Below, one piece after another: positions 21,870 to 31,183 of a DNA stretch of 64,000 bases. The position numbers and the translations under genes are program-made. The stretch is from assembly GCA_963833985.1 (NCBI GenBank), contig CAWIAD010000001.1:192001-256000 (forward strand), read 5' to 3'. Source of the stretch: an uncultured Planctomycetaceae bacterium (GTDB taxonomy: Bacteria; Planctomycetota; Planctomycetia; Isosphaerales; Isosphaeraceae). The number at the start of each line of letters is the position of its first letter. Within the stretch, counting starts at the first letter, position 1. The notes below the pieces were generated by a model. The model saw nothing but the letters and a program-made list of their open reading frames with translations, did no database searches and was not told where the DNA came from.

Positions 21870-22637
21870 ATGAGCGGCAAGAGCTCAAGCTTGTCCGGCC
21901 GCTTCCGACCGTTTCTGGGCTGGTGTGTGCACGGGTACACGGCCCTGGGGATGGTGGCCGCGGCACTGATCGCGGCGCTCCTTGTCGAGGGCGGTCCGGC
22001 AGCGTTTCGCTGGTCCTTCCTGCTGATGGGACTGGCAACGATCGTCGACGCGACCGATGGCACGCTGGCACGCCGCGTCCGCATCAAGGAGGTGGTCCCC
22101 AGCTTCGACGGCCGCCGTCTGGACGACATCGTCGACTTTCTGAACTACACGTTCCTGCCGATCCTCCTGATCTGGCGGGCGGGCTTGCTGCCGCCCGGAC
22201 AGCAGGGGTGGCTGGTTTTCGCTTTGCTCGCGAGCCTCTACGGGTTCTGCCAGGTCGAGATCAAGACCGCGGATGGTTACTTTCTCGGCTTCCCCTCGCT
22301 CTGGAACGTGGTCGCTTTGTACCTTTACGCTCTTCCCCTGGGTCCGTGGGCGTCCCTGGCGGTGGTGATCCTGCTGGCGATCCTCACCTTCGTGCCCAGC
22401 AAGTATCTGTATCCTTCCCAGCCGGGACTGCTCAACCGCGTGATGACCATCCTGGGAGGCTTCTGGACCCTGGCGGTGGGCTGGTTGATCTGGAGCCTGC
22501 CCGTGCATACGATTCCGCATCGGGATCCGGGCGTGCAACAGTTGGCCCTGGTTTCGCTGCTGTATCCCATTCTGTACCTGGCGGCGTCGTGGTTCGTCAC
22601 GATCAGGCAGTGGACCGCGGCCGCGTCGCGAAATTGA
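21870..22637 (+). CDS. pcs: Phosphatidylcholine synthase (CDP-alcohol phosphatidyltransferase family)
   Basis: VHGYTALG; DATDGTLARR...FDGRRLDDIVDFLNY; KTADGYFLGFPSLWNVV. Confidence 0.82.
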   Translation: MSGKSSSLSGRFRPFLGWCVHGYTALGMVAAALIAALLVEGGPAAFRWSFLLMGLATIVDATDGTLARRVRIKEVVPSFDGRRLDDIVDFLNYTFLPILLIWRAGLLPPGQQGWLVFALLASLYGFCQVEIKTADGYFLGFPSLWNVVALYLYALPLGPWASLAVVILLAILTFVPSKYLYPSQPGLLNRVMTILGGFWTLAVGWLIWSLPVHTIPHRDPGVQQLALVSLLYPILYLAASWFVTIRQWTAAASRN

Positions 22638-22640
22638 CAA

Positions 22641-24032
22641 TCAGTCTGCCGCGCCGGGATCGGCGGATCTTGCCTGCTTCTGTCCTTCCTCAACCTTGAC
22701 CATGCAGAGCAACCCCCCGCCCACGGCGAAGAAGGCGATCACGCCGAGGATGGCGCCCCGGCTCGACGCGGTGAGCCCGTTGATGACGGCAAAGAGCAAG
22801 GGCCCAAAGATTCCCGCGAACTTTTCAACGACCGCAAAGAAGCCGAAGTACTCGCCCGACTTTTCCCGCGGGATGAGGCTCGCGAAGAGCGAGCGTGAGA
22901 GGGCCTGGGTGCCTCCCTGCACCATGCCGACCAGGATGGCCAGCTTCAAAAAGTCCGCCTCGTTGTGCATCGAGTAGCCGACGACGCAGATGCCGGTGTA
23001 GGCCACCAACCCTAGCAGGATGGACCGCTTGGCGCCCAGCTTGCCGGCCAGCATGCCGAAGAGGAACGAGAACGGGATGCCCACGAACTGGACCAGCAGG
23101 ACCGCCTTGATCATGGCGGTCTCGTTGATGCCGATTTCCTGGCCGTAGATCGTGGCCATGCGGATGATCGTACCGATACCGTCGTTGTAGATGAGGAAGG
23201 CGAGCAGCATGAGGAATGCCTGGCGATAACGGCGCAGTTCGCGCGAGGTCGCGGCCAGGCGATCGAGCACGGCCCGCAGCGGGCTTTCCCCCGCCCGTTC
23301 CTCGCGGGTGTGCACGGCCCTGGGCTCAGGCACGCGCCGGAACAGAGGAATCGAGAAGAACAGCCACCAGATCGCCACCGAAACGAACGCCAGCCGCGTG
23401 GGCAGGGTGGCCTCCGCCTCATTGAGGTTCGTGCCGGAGGGAAGGCCAAAGGTGGCCGGGCTCATGATCCAGGCCAGGTTCAGTGCCAGCAGGATTCCGC
23501 CACCGAGGTACCCCAGCGCATAGCCCGAGGTAGACACCCGGTCGACCTCGTCGTCGCTGGCAATGTGCGGCAAGAGTGCGTCGTAAAAGACAAAGCTGCC
23601 GTTGGCGCCCACGTTGGCCACGATGAAGAGCACCGACGCGAGGACCCAGTCGCCGGTATGGATGAAAAACATCCCGGCCACGGCGGCCGAGCCCAGGGCC
23701 AGGAAAAGGGAGAGCAGCCACTTCTTGCGAGCGGTGTAATCCGCGAACGCACCCAGGACGGGCGAAAGCGCGGCAATGGCCACCATGCCGATGGTCGTTG
23801 CCAGCGCGAACCGGAACGAGGCGACACTGGCCCCGAGCCCGGCGCAGGCGACCCTCGAGTAGTAGATGGGAAAGACGGCCGTGATGATGGTGCAGACCAT
23901 GGCCGAGTTCGCCCAGTCATAGAGTGCCCAGGCGCGAAGTTCGGGACGGTCCAATCCCAGCGCGTGTAAAGCGCGCCGCGGCCATGATTCGCCGGGTGAT
24001 GGCCCGGCTGGAACACCGTCTGGCTCGTCCAT
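22641..24032 (-). CDS. MFS transporter, UMF1/Atg22-like
   Basis: AWALYDWANSA; FYDALLP; S..GYALGYLGG; YNDGIGT; GGTQALSRS. Confidence 0.9.
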   Translation of the reverse strand: MDEPDGVPAGPSPGESWPRRALHALGLDRPELRAWALYDWANSAMVCTIITAVFPIYYSRVACAGLGASVASFRFALATTIGMVAIAALSPVLGAFADYTARKKWLLSLFLALGSAAVAGMFFIHTGDWVLASVLFIVANVGANGSFVFYDALLPHIASDDEVDRVSTSGYALGYLGGGILLALNLAWIMSPATFGLPSGTNLNEAEATLPTRLAFVSVAIWWLFFSIPLFRRVPEPRAVHTREERAGESPLRAVLDRLAATSRELRRYRQAFLMLLAFLIYNDGIGTIIRMATIYGQEIGINETAMIKAVLLVQFVGIPFSFLFGMLAGKLGAKRSILLGLVAYTGICVVGYSMHNEADFLKLAILVGMVQGGTQALSRSLFASLIPREKSGEYFGFFAVVEKFAGIFGPLLFAVINGLTASSRGAILGVIAFFAVGGGLLCMVKVEEGQKQARSADPGAAD

Positions 24033-24383
24033 GTGGGCAGATCCTTTTTGGTCCAGGTGCCGCGCAGGGACGCGCGGCCGCCGGGTCTCTCAATGCGGCA
24101 CTCCCCACGCGGCCGGCAGCCGGTGTCCGCGTTCCGGGCATGGGCCGTTTTGTACGCCAGATGAGGCCTCGTTGGCCAGAGCGGATTCTGGGCCCCGCGC
24201 ATTCAGCGCGGTGGGACCGGCCACGAGGACCCGTGAGAGAGCTCACCGGCCGGGGCCGCCATCTCCGTGGGCTGCCGCGCGGCGAGACTGCTTGTCCACA
24301 AGACGATCGGCTGGCTAGACTGGCTGACACGCACGCCATCGTGATAGCGATCGGGACAGGTCGACCGCCTTGCGGGACAACAC

Positions 24384-27300
24384 ATGAACTCGGCGCCGCT
24401 ACAAGAGGAAACCTTCGTGGTCGTGCGGCAGCTCTGTGGCGAGCTCCGCGCGGATCCGCGCCGGCCAGAAAGCCCGGGTCGAGGACATGCTTGCCGATCA
24501 TCCCCACCTCGCGGGCAACGATGAGGCGGTGCTCGAGCTGGTGCACGCCGAGGTGAGCACCCGGAACGACCTGGGCGAGCGGCCGACTCTCGAGGAATGG
24601 GAGCGGCGGTTTCCTCAGTTGCTGCCGCGCATGGAGCAAACGCTCGCGCTTCGCATGGTGTTCGATTCAGAGATGCCCACCCTCACCGACTCCTCCGCCG
24701 GCAAAGGGAGCTCGAGCGAGGCTGTGGCTGACCTGGCGGCCGACGCGGGCAATGAGCCCGGCGGCCGCTTGCAGATTGGCAACTACCAGGTTCTCCACGA
24801 GATCGGCCGGGGAGGCATGGGGGTCGTCTACAAGGCCAGGCAGGCGAACCTTAGCCGGATCGTGGCGCTGAAGATGATTCTCGCTGGCGAGCACGCCGGT
24901 TTGCGGGAACGCGCCCGGCTGCGCAACGAGGCCCAGGCCGCCGCCCAGCTCGTCCATCCCAACGTCGTCCAGATCTTCGAGATTGGCGAGCACGAGGGCC
25001 TGCCATTCCTGACCATGGAATACGTCGCGGGTGGGAACCTGGCGCGCATGCTGCGTGCCATGCCCCAGGCCTTTCGCTGGTCAGCACGGATGACCGAGAC
25101 CATGGCCCGGGCGATCCACCTCGCGCATCGCCGCGGGATCGTCCACCGCGATCTGAACCCGAGCAACATCCTGATCGCGCCGGACGGCACGCCCAAGATC
25201 TCTGACTTCGGCCTGGCCAAGTTCCTCGTGAATGACAGGGGCCTGTCGCTGAGCGGCGTGATCCTCGGAACTCCCTCGTACATGGCTCCTGAGCAGGTCT
25301 CCGGCAATGGTCAGACCATCGGGCCGGCCACCGACGTGTACGCGCTGGGCGCTCTGCTCTACGAGATGCTCACCGGGGCTGCTCCGTTCCGCGGATTCAC
25401 CCCCATGGAAACGCTCTGCCAGGTCATGGAAGCGGAGCTGGTGCCCCCCTCCAGGTTGCGTCACGGCGTGCCCGAGGACCTGGAGACCATCTGCTTGAAA
25501 TGCCTCGAACGCGACCCCGCAATGCGTTATGCGAGTGCGGAAGAGCTCGCCGAGGATCTGAAGCGGTACCAGGACAGCCAGCCGATCCGCGCTCGGCGGA
25601 CATCGCGGATCCAGCAGGCCCTGCAATGGACTCGTCGCCAGCCCGAAGCCGCGCGGCTGCTTGGGTTGTGCGGCCTGCTGGCACTGGCACTGCTGTCCGT
25701 GGTCGTCGGCTATAGCTGGTACGTCGCCGAGCAGAGCCGGCGCGAGGGCAAGTTTCGCACCCAGACGATCCACGAAAAGACCAAGAGCGAGATTGACCAT
25801 GACAAGCTTCTCCTCGAGGTCCGCACGCTGCGGCGCCGCGCTTACGACGCGCAGCTTTTTCAGATCAAGCAGGCATTCGATTCCGGCCAGATCGAGCTGG
25901 CCCGCGAGCTTCTGGACAAGGCCTACGAAGCACTGTGGGCTTCCGGCGAACCGCCTGGGTTCGAGCTCCAGTATCTGAGCGAGCTCATCGAGCAATCCTC
26001 GATCCTGCTGGAGGGGCACAATGCGAACACCTCGTGCCTGGCGCTGGCAGGGCCGCATGACACGCTCATTTCAGGAGACGTCGCCGGAGGAGTGATCATC
26101 TGGGACCTCCCGCAGCGCACGCCGCGCTATTGCCAGGGCAAGCACTCGGCCGCGGTGAGCCAGGTCGCCATCAGCCCTGGATCGACCGATCATCCCCATG
26201 GCGTCGCCGCCAGCCTCAGCGCGGCCGCGCATGATCGCCTGGAAGTCAAGGTCTGGGACCCGGCCACAGCAGCTCTCATCAGCTCATTGCACGCGGAAAG
26301 CCTGCAATCGCCCACCATGACGCTGAGCCCTGATGGGTCGATCCTGGCACTGTGCGGCCGCTCGCCGGGGGACCACCGGGATCAGCTTTCCCTCTGGAAG
26401 CTGGACCCCAGTCGCCTGCCGGCAGAGCCGGCCGCGCGGGTGCCGGGAATCTCCAGACTGGCCTTTTCGATCGACGGCGTGCTCGTGGCGGCCGGCGGCG
26501 AGGACGGCACGGTGCGGCTCTCCCTTACCAGCGCTCTACCAGGACCGGACCCGGATGCAGCCAGGGCGATCGAGCAGAGGCCGGGCGGCCGCGTGCGGGC
26601 CCTGGCCTTCTCGCGTGACGGCAGCCGTCTGGTTGCCGGCCGCGACGATCGCAGTGTCACCGTGTGGAACACGGCCACCGGCCGGGTGATCGCGCATTTC
26701 GGCGACCAGGAACGCCCCGTCGACCTCGTCGAATTCTGCCTGGACGGCAAGATGCTGGTCGGGCAGACGGGCGTGGACCAGATCTGGACGCGGACCATCG
26801 ATGAGCCGGGTCCGAAACGACGCTTGCCCGTCGTCACGCGTCCCATTCGCTCGGTGGCCCTGTCCCGTGATGGGCGAACGCTCGCGCTGGCGTGGCGCGA
26901 CCAGTCCGTGGAGATCTGGGACCTTTTGACCGGCACCCGGAGCGGTTCTTACCTGGGCAACAACCTGACCGCGCATCACATTGCCTTCACCGCGGACGGC
27001 AACACACTGGTCCTGGGGGGGGATGATCCCAGACTGAGGAACTGGCGGTTTCGTGATGCTCCGGCAAAGTATCAGGTCCTGGACAGCCACCAGGGGCCCA
27101 TTCGCGCGCTGGCGTTCTCGATGGACGAGCGTATCCTGGCATCGGGATCGGAGGACAGCACGGTCAGGCTCTGGGACGTGGATTCAGCTCGTGAGCTGGA
27201 GCGGCTGGAGGGCCACACCAAGGCCGTGACGGCACTGGCGTTTTTTCCGGACGACAATCGGCTGGTCAGCGTCGGCCGCGACGGCCGGCTGGTACTCTGG

Positions 27301-28026
27301 CAACGGGACCGCCAGAGCGCCGAACCGAAACTCATGTCGGCCACTCCGACCGTCCTTCATACGTTCGACGACCGGCTGCACGCGTTGAGCGTTTCCGTGG
27401 TTTCCGAGGGAGAGCGCACGCATCACCGCCTGGCCGCGGCCGGCTCCCGAGGGGTGATCTACGTCTGGGACCTGGAGGCAGGCAAGCTGCTCAAGGAGCT
27501 CCGAGGGCACTCCGCTGTGATCCACGCGCTGGCCTACTCCCCGAACCCGATGGTCCTGGCGTCCGCCTCGGCCGACCGATCCGTCTGCCTCTGGAACCCC
27601 GATGTCGGCACGCTGGTGCACACGTCTCAATTCGCCGAGCCCATGCGGACGGTCGTGTTTTCCTCGCGCGGCATGCTGATGGCCGCAGCCGGCAACCCCC
27701 GGACGGTCGTCTTCTGGGCCATGGACGCCTGGAAACTCAACGGGGAGCTGACCGGCCACCCCAAGCCGGTGCGCTCCATCGCGCTGTCCCCGGGTGATCA
27801 AACACTGGCCACGGCATGTGATGACGGGCAAGTTCGGCTCTGGGATCCCCTGTCGGGACAGCAGTTCTACCCGCTGATGGGGCACTCCGATCGGGTCAAC
27901 TCGGTGATCTTCTCACCGCAGGGACATATCCTGGCCTCAGGCGACGAGGCAGGCCAGATTCTGCTCTGGAAGGTCAAGGCCGTCACACCACCTGAGGCAG
28001 AGCCCGTCGCACGCCTCGCTCCGTAA
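24384..28026 (+). CDS. Ser/Thr protein kinase with TM segment and WD40 repeats; probable start ATG 24384 with frameshift near 24450
   Basis: IGRGGMGVVYKA, VALK, HRDLNPSN, DFG, GTPSYMAPEQ; many GH...WD repeats; upstream frame MNSAPLQEETFVVVRQLCGELRA appears to join RIRAGQKARVE. Confidence 0.9.
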
Positions 28027-28071
28027 GCCCATCGAGATCGTCCGCTGCGCGCCGCGGGAGAATGCTCGCCA

Positions 28072-28347
28072 TCACTCGACGGCCGTCGCGTTGACATACT
28101 TTTCCCCGCTGCCGGTCAAAAGCCAGTGCGGGTTGGTATTGGTCACCTCGATGAAGCGGAGGATTGAGGTTGCCGGTATCGTGCATCCATTCTCGTAGTT
28201 CATCCAGGTTCGAAACGGCACCTTGAGCGACTCGGCTAGCAAGGGACCGCCGTTCTCTCCATAGAGTTCCAGACGCACTTCGCGAATTCGCCGCGCCAGG
28301 TTGTTCTTGATGCCTAGCCAGTCGGAGTTTGGAATCGGTCTTTCCAT
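28072..28347 (-). CDS. Small XRE/Cro-like HTH transcriptional regulator
   Basis: LARRIREVR...[18 protein letters not shown]...[10 protein letters not shown]. Confidence 0.8.
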   Translation of the reverse strand: MERPIPNSDWLGIKNNLARRIREVRLELYGENGGPLLAESLKVPFRTWMNYENGCTIPATSILRFIEVTNTNPHWLLTGSGEKYVNATAVE

Positions 28348-28871
28348 CGCCAATCCAGCCCGGTTTAGAGGTTCTCAACATTCATCCTGGTTTTCCCGCG
28401 GTTCTGGCATATCGGTTCACATCGTGCTCACGGAGTGTACCCGATGGCAAGCAATCGATTCCGGGAACGGGATCCAGACAACTATTTTCTACCTTGTCAG
28501 CGCCCTGTCGCAAGAAGTCCCAGGGCGTTTCCCCATGACTTTTATCATGAAACCGCTGTTTTCACCGAAATCGGCCCGCAATCGCCTCCATTCATCACGG
28601 CATTTCTCATAGAAAGCGTGCATGGAACGATGGTTTACCCGGCACCCTCCGGGTGATCCTTTGCTTGTCGTAATTCGATCCGCCATCATGGTTTGTGCCC
28701 CGGCGTCGGGGCGCGGGAGGAAAATTCAAAAAAAGAGCGCATCGCCGTGACGCGTCGCGACCGGGAATCCGGTTACTGGAGTCGAGTCCGAAGGAAGGGC
28801 TCTTGAAGACGAAGCAAGACGACTCTCCTTGACCCTGGAATGTGGTCCGGACGCTATCGAGGTGAGACACA

Positions 28872-29480
28872 GTGCTGCCCACACAAGAAATGATGGATCG
28901 TCTCGCACAAAGGATCGAACACGCTTTCACTCTCAGGCGGAGTGACTGGTACCGTGGGTGTTCCACTCCTCGGCTCTGGTCCGCAGCCGCGATGATCCTC
29001 TGGGACGCTTACCTTGAGGATCCCTCCATTCCCACCGACCCGGAACTCTTCGTCGCGTCGCAGCCTCTCTCCGGTCCCTACGTCGACCCCTGGACCATCC
29101 TGGCACAGGCCGAAGCCGGCCGCCGATACAGGAAGAACGTGACGCGGATTATCAGGCGTTTACGGCGCGAGCTCAAGCAGGAGATCCGCAGAACCGAGGC
29201 GCTGACCAGTCAGGGGCGATCCCTGAGCGCGCTCATCCGCTTGCATGATGCCCGGTTCTCCCCCCTGGGACTTTATATCACGGCGCATCGGGCCGAGCGC
29301 CCGGACCTCGCTGAATTGCTGCGGTTCGGCGCCATTGCTCAACACAAGAGCTGTCCACTTTATCGAGCAGCAAGCCTGGCATTGTTGCCAGCGAAATTCT
29401 ATCCGATGGTAGAGCATCATCGAAGCCTCGACGACCAGATAACCGCCGAGATGCGGCTCGAGACTGCGTCCTGCAATTGA
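28872..29480 (+). CDS. Hypothetical protein
   Basis: 202-aa ORF with GAGGTG RBS and protein-like composition; divergent from the HTH gene. Confidence 0.65.
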   Translation: MLPTQEMMDRLAQRIEHAFTLRRSDWYRGCSTPRLWSAAAMILWDAYLEDPSIPTDPELFVASQPLSGPYVDPWTILAQAEAGRRYRKNVTRIIRRLRRELKQEIRRTEALTSQGRSLSALIRLHDARFSPLGLYITAHRAERPDLAELLRFGAIAQHKSCPLYRAASLALLPAKFYPMVEHHRSLDDQITAEMRLETASCN

Positions 29481-29807
29481 CACGAGGCCGCAGATTCCAT
29501 CACCGCCGTGCGAATGCCTGATCCAGCAGCGTCAGATTTTGAATCGTCGAGAATCACCCAGTCGGCTTGAAGTGGCCAGGTAAATCCCACCGAGATGAAG
29601 AAGGTGGATACCGCGAACGGCCCTCCAGGGCTGCGGCACGCTGGCCCCTCGCCAGGTGAGCTGCCGTGGCCCCGGCCCGGAACCAATCGCAGGGACGGGA
29701 TGTGTTCAGTGGGTCCCCGCTAAGCCCTCCAAAAACGCACAACTCTCATCCTTGTCAATAGCCGTGATTCCATCCATCCTTCACGCCCATCGGGCGGGAG
29801 TCTATCC

Positions 29808-30047
29808 ATGCGTGCGCGCAGACAGTTTCAGCCGTCCGTCGATGTCCTTCCTTTCCGCCTCGCCCCCAGCGACCTTGGCGTCACCATCAGCCCGATGGAT
29901 CCGCTCTCCGGAGCGAGCAGCTCCCCAACCTTGATCAGCCCGATGGATCCACTCTCCGGCTCGGGTTCAGGCCCGTCCTTGAGCGATCCGACGATGATCG
30001 GTCCTGGCTCCTACACCACCCTGAGCACCACGACTCTTTCTTGTTGA
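29808..30047 (+). CDS. Small peptide: planctomycete-type leader plus duplicated ISPMDPLSG core
   Basis: GGGAG RBS; MRARRQFQPSVDVLPFRLAPS leader; in-frame repeat atcagcccgatggatcc(g/a)ctctccgg with a synonymous change. Confidence 0.65.
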   Translation: MRARRQFQPSVDVLPFRLAPSDLGVTISPMDPLSGASSSPTLISPMDPLSGSGSGPSLSDPTMIGPGSYTTLSTTTLSC

Positions 30048-30584
30048 AGAATCGAAGAATCGGGACGGGCGTTTCCCGGCAGCAGTCTCTTGTCGTACGA
30101 ACACTCGGGAAAAGAGGTTCGAAACGCCCTGCTTGAACGGTTATTCGCGGATTCGCCAGGCCCGGTGCCTGTCGAATCCGGGAGAGCCACTCCGTCACTG
30201 GACTGATGGAGGTGTCGACAGAGGCTTTCAATCACGAGGCTCAAAATTGCTGTGAACTGCGCGCGTGCCTTCTTTCGCGGGGAGCTCAACCTGCCCGTTG
30301 ACTCCCGCAGGTGGAAGTCATGATCCGCATGGATTCGGGCGAGATCTTGGCTTAGCTTGTCATGGAGCATGTCAAACCAGCCATAATCGTCGTCGAAGCT
30401 CTGTTTTTTCCTTAATCCCGGTCGAAACCCCACTTTTTTTGGTCCGAAAGCATTTTCATGCTCGCAGGTGGGGGTTAGAATCGGGTGACGATGGGAGCTT
30501 CGGGCAGGTCGCATCCCCTCTAAATGCTTGCATGCCCTTCGCCCGGGCGGCGATCCTCCCATCGTTCAAGGGGAGGTTTACGCC

Positions 30585-31181
30585 ATGACGATGCTGTCAG
30601 ATCCGGGGCTACCGGACGATCTCACCCGGACGTTGCTCGATGCCCAGAAGGGTGATCAACTGGCATGGGAGACACTTTTTCGAGAGTGTTATCCCAAGGT
30701 GCGCCGGGTTGTACGGCGCAAGCTCGATCGCTCGATGCGATCTCTGTTTGACTCGACCGATTTCGCCAGTGACGTCATGAAGAGCCTGGCGGCGAATCTC
30801 AATCACCTGAGCTTTGGCTCGGTGGATTGCCTGTTCAAGTTCCTTGCGCAGGTCGCCGAACAGAAGGTCATTGACGAGCATCGCCGGCGACACTCGCTGA
30901 AGCGAGACGTGACCCGGGAGCGCCGGTTCTCGATGGACGAGAACGCGGCCGGTCCGGTATTGCTTCCTTCCGCCGAGCCCACCGCGAGTCAGCAGGCTCA
31001 GGCAAACGAGGTCCAGGAGCGGTTGCTGGATCGGCAGGACGAGATCGAGCGGATGATCATCGATCTCAAGCACCAGGGATACTCCACGGCGGATATCGCC
31101 GATATGACTGGCTGGAACATCCGCAAGGTTCAGCGGTTCCTCAAGGATCTTCACGATTCCCTGGACGATGGTGGAAGCTGA
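30585..31181 (+). CDS. ECF RNA polymerase sigma factor, kinase-associated type
   Basis: GDQLAWETLF; RSLFDSTDFASDV; QKVIDEHRR...KRD; GYSTADIADMTG; GGGAGG RBS; directly upstream of a kinase. Confidence 0.85.
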   Translation: MTMLSDPGLPDDLTRTLLDAQKGDQLAWETLFRECYPKVRRVVRRKLDRSMRSLFDSTDFASDVMKSLAANLNHLSFGSVDCLFKFLAQVAEQKVIDEHRRRHSLKRDVTRERRFSMDENAAGPVLLPSAEPTASQQAQANEVQERLLDRQDEIERMIIDLKHQGYSTADIADMTGWNIRKVQRFLKDLHDSLDDGGS

Positions 31182-31183
31182 CC

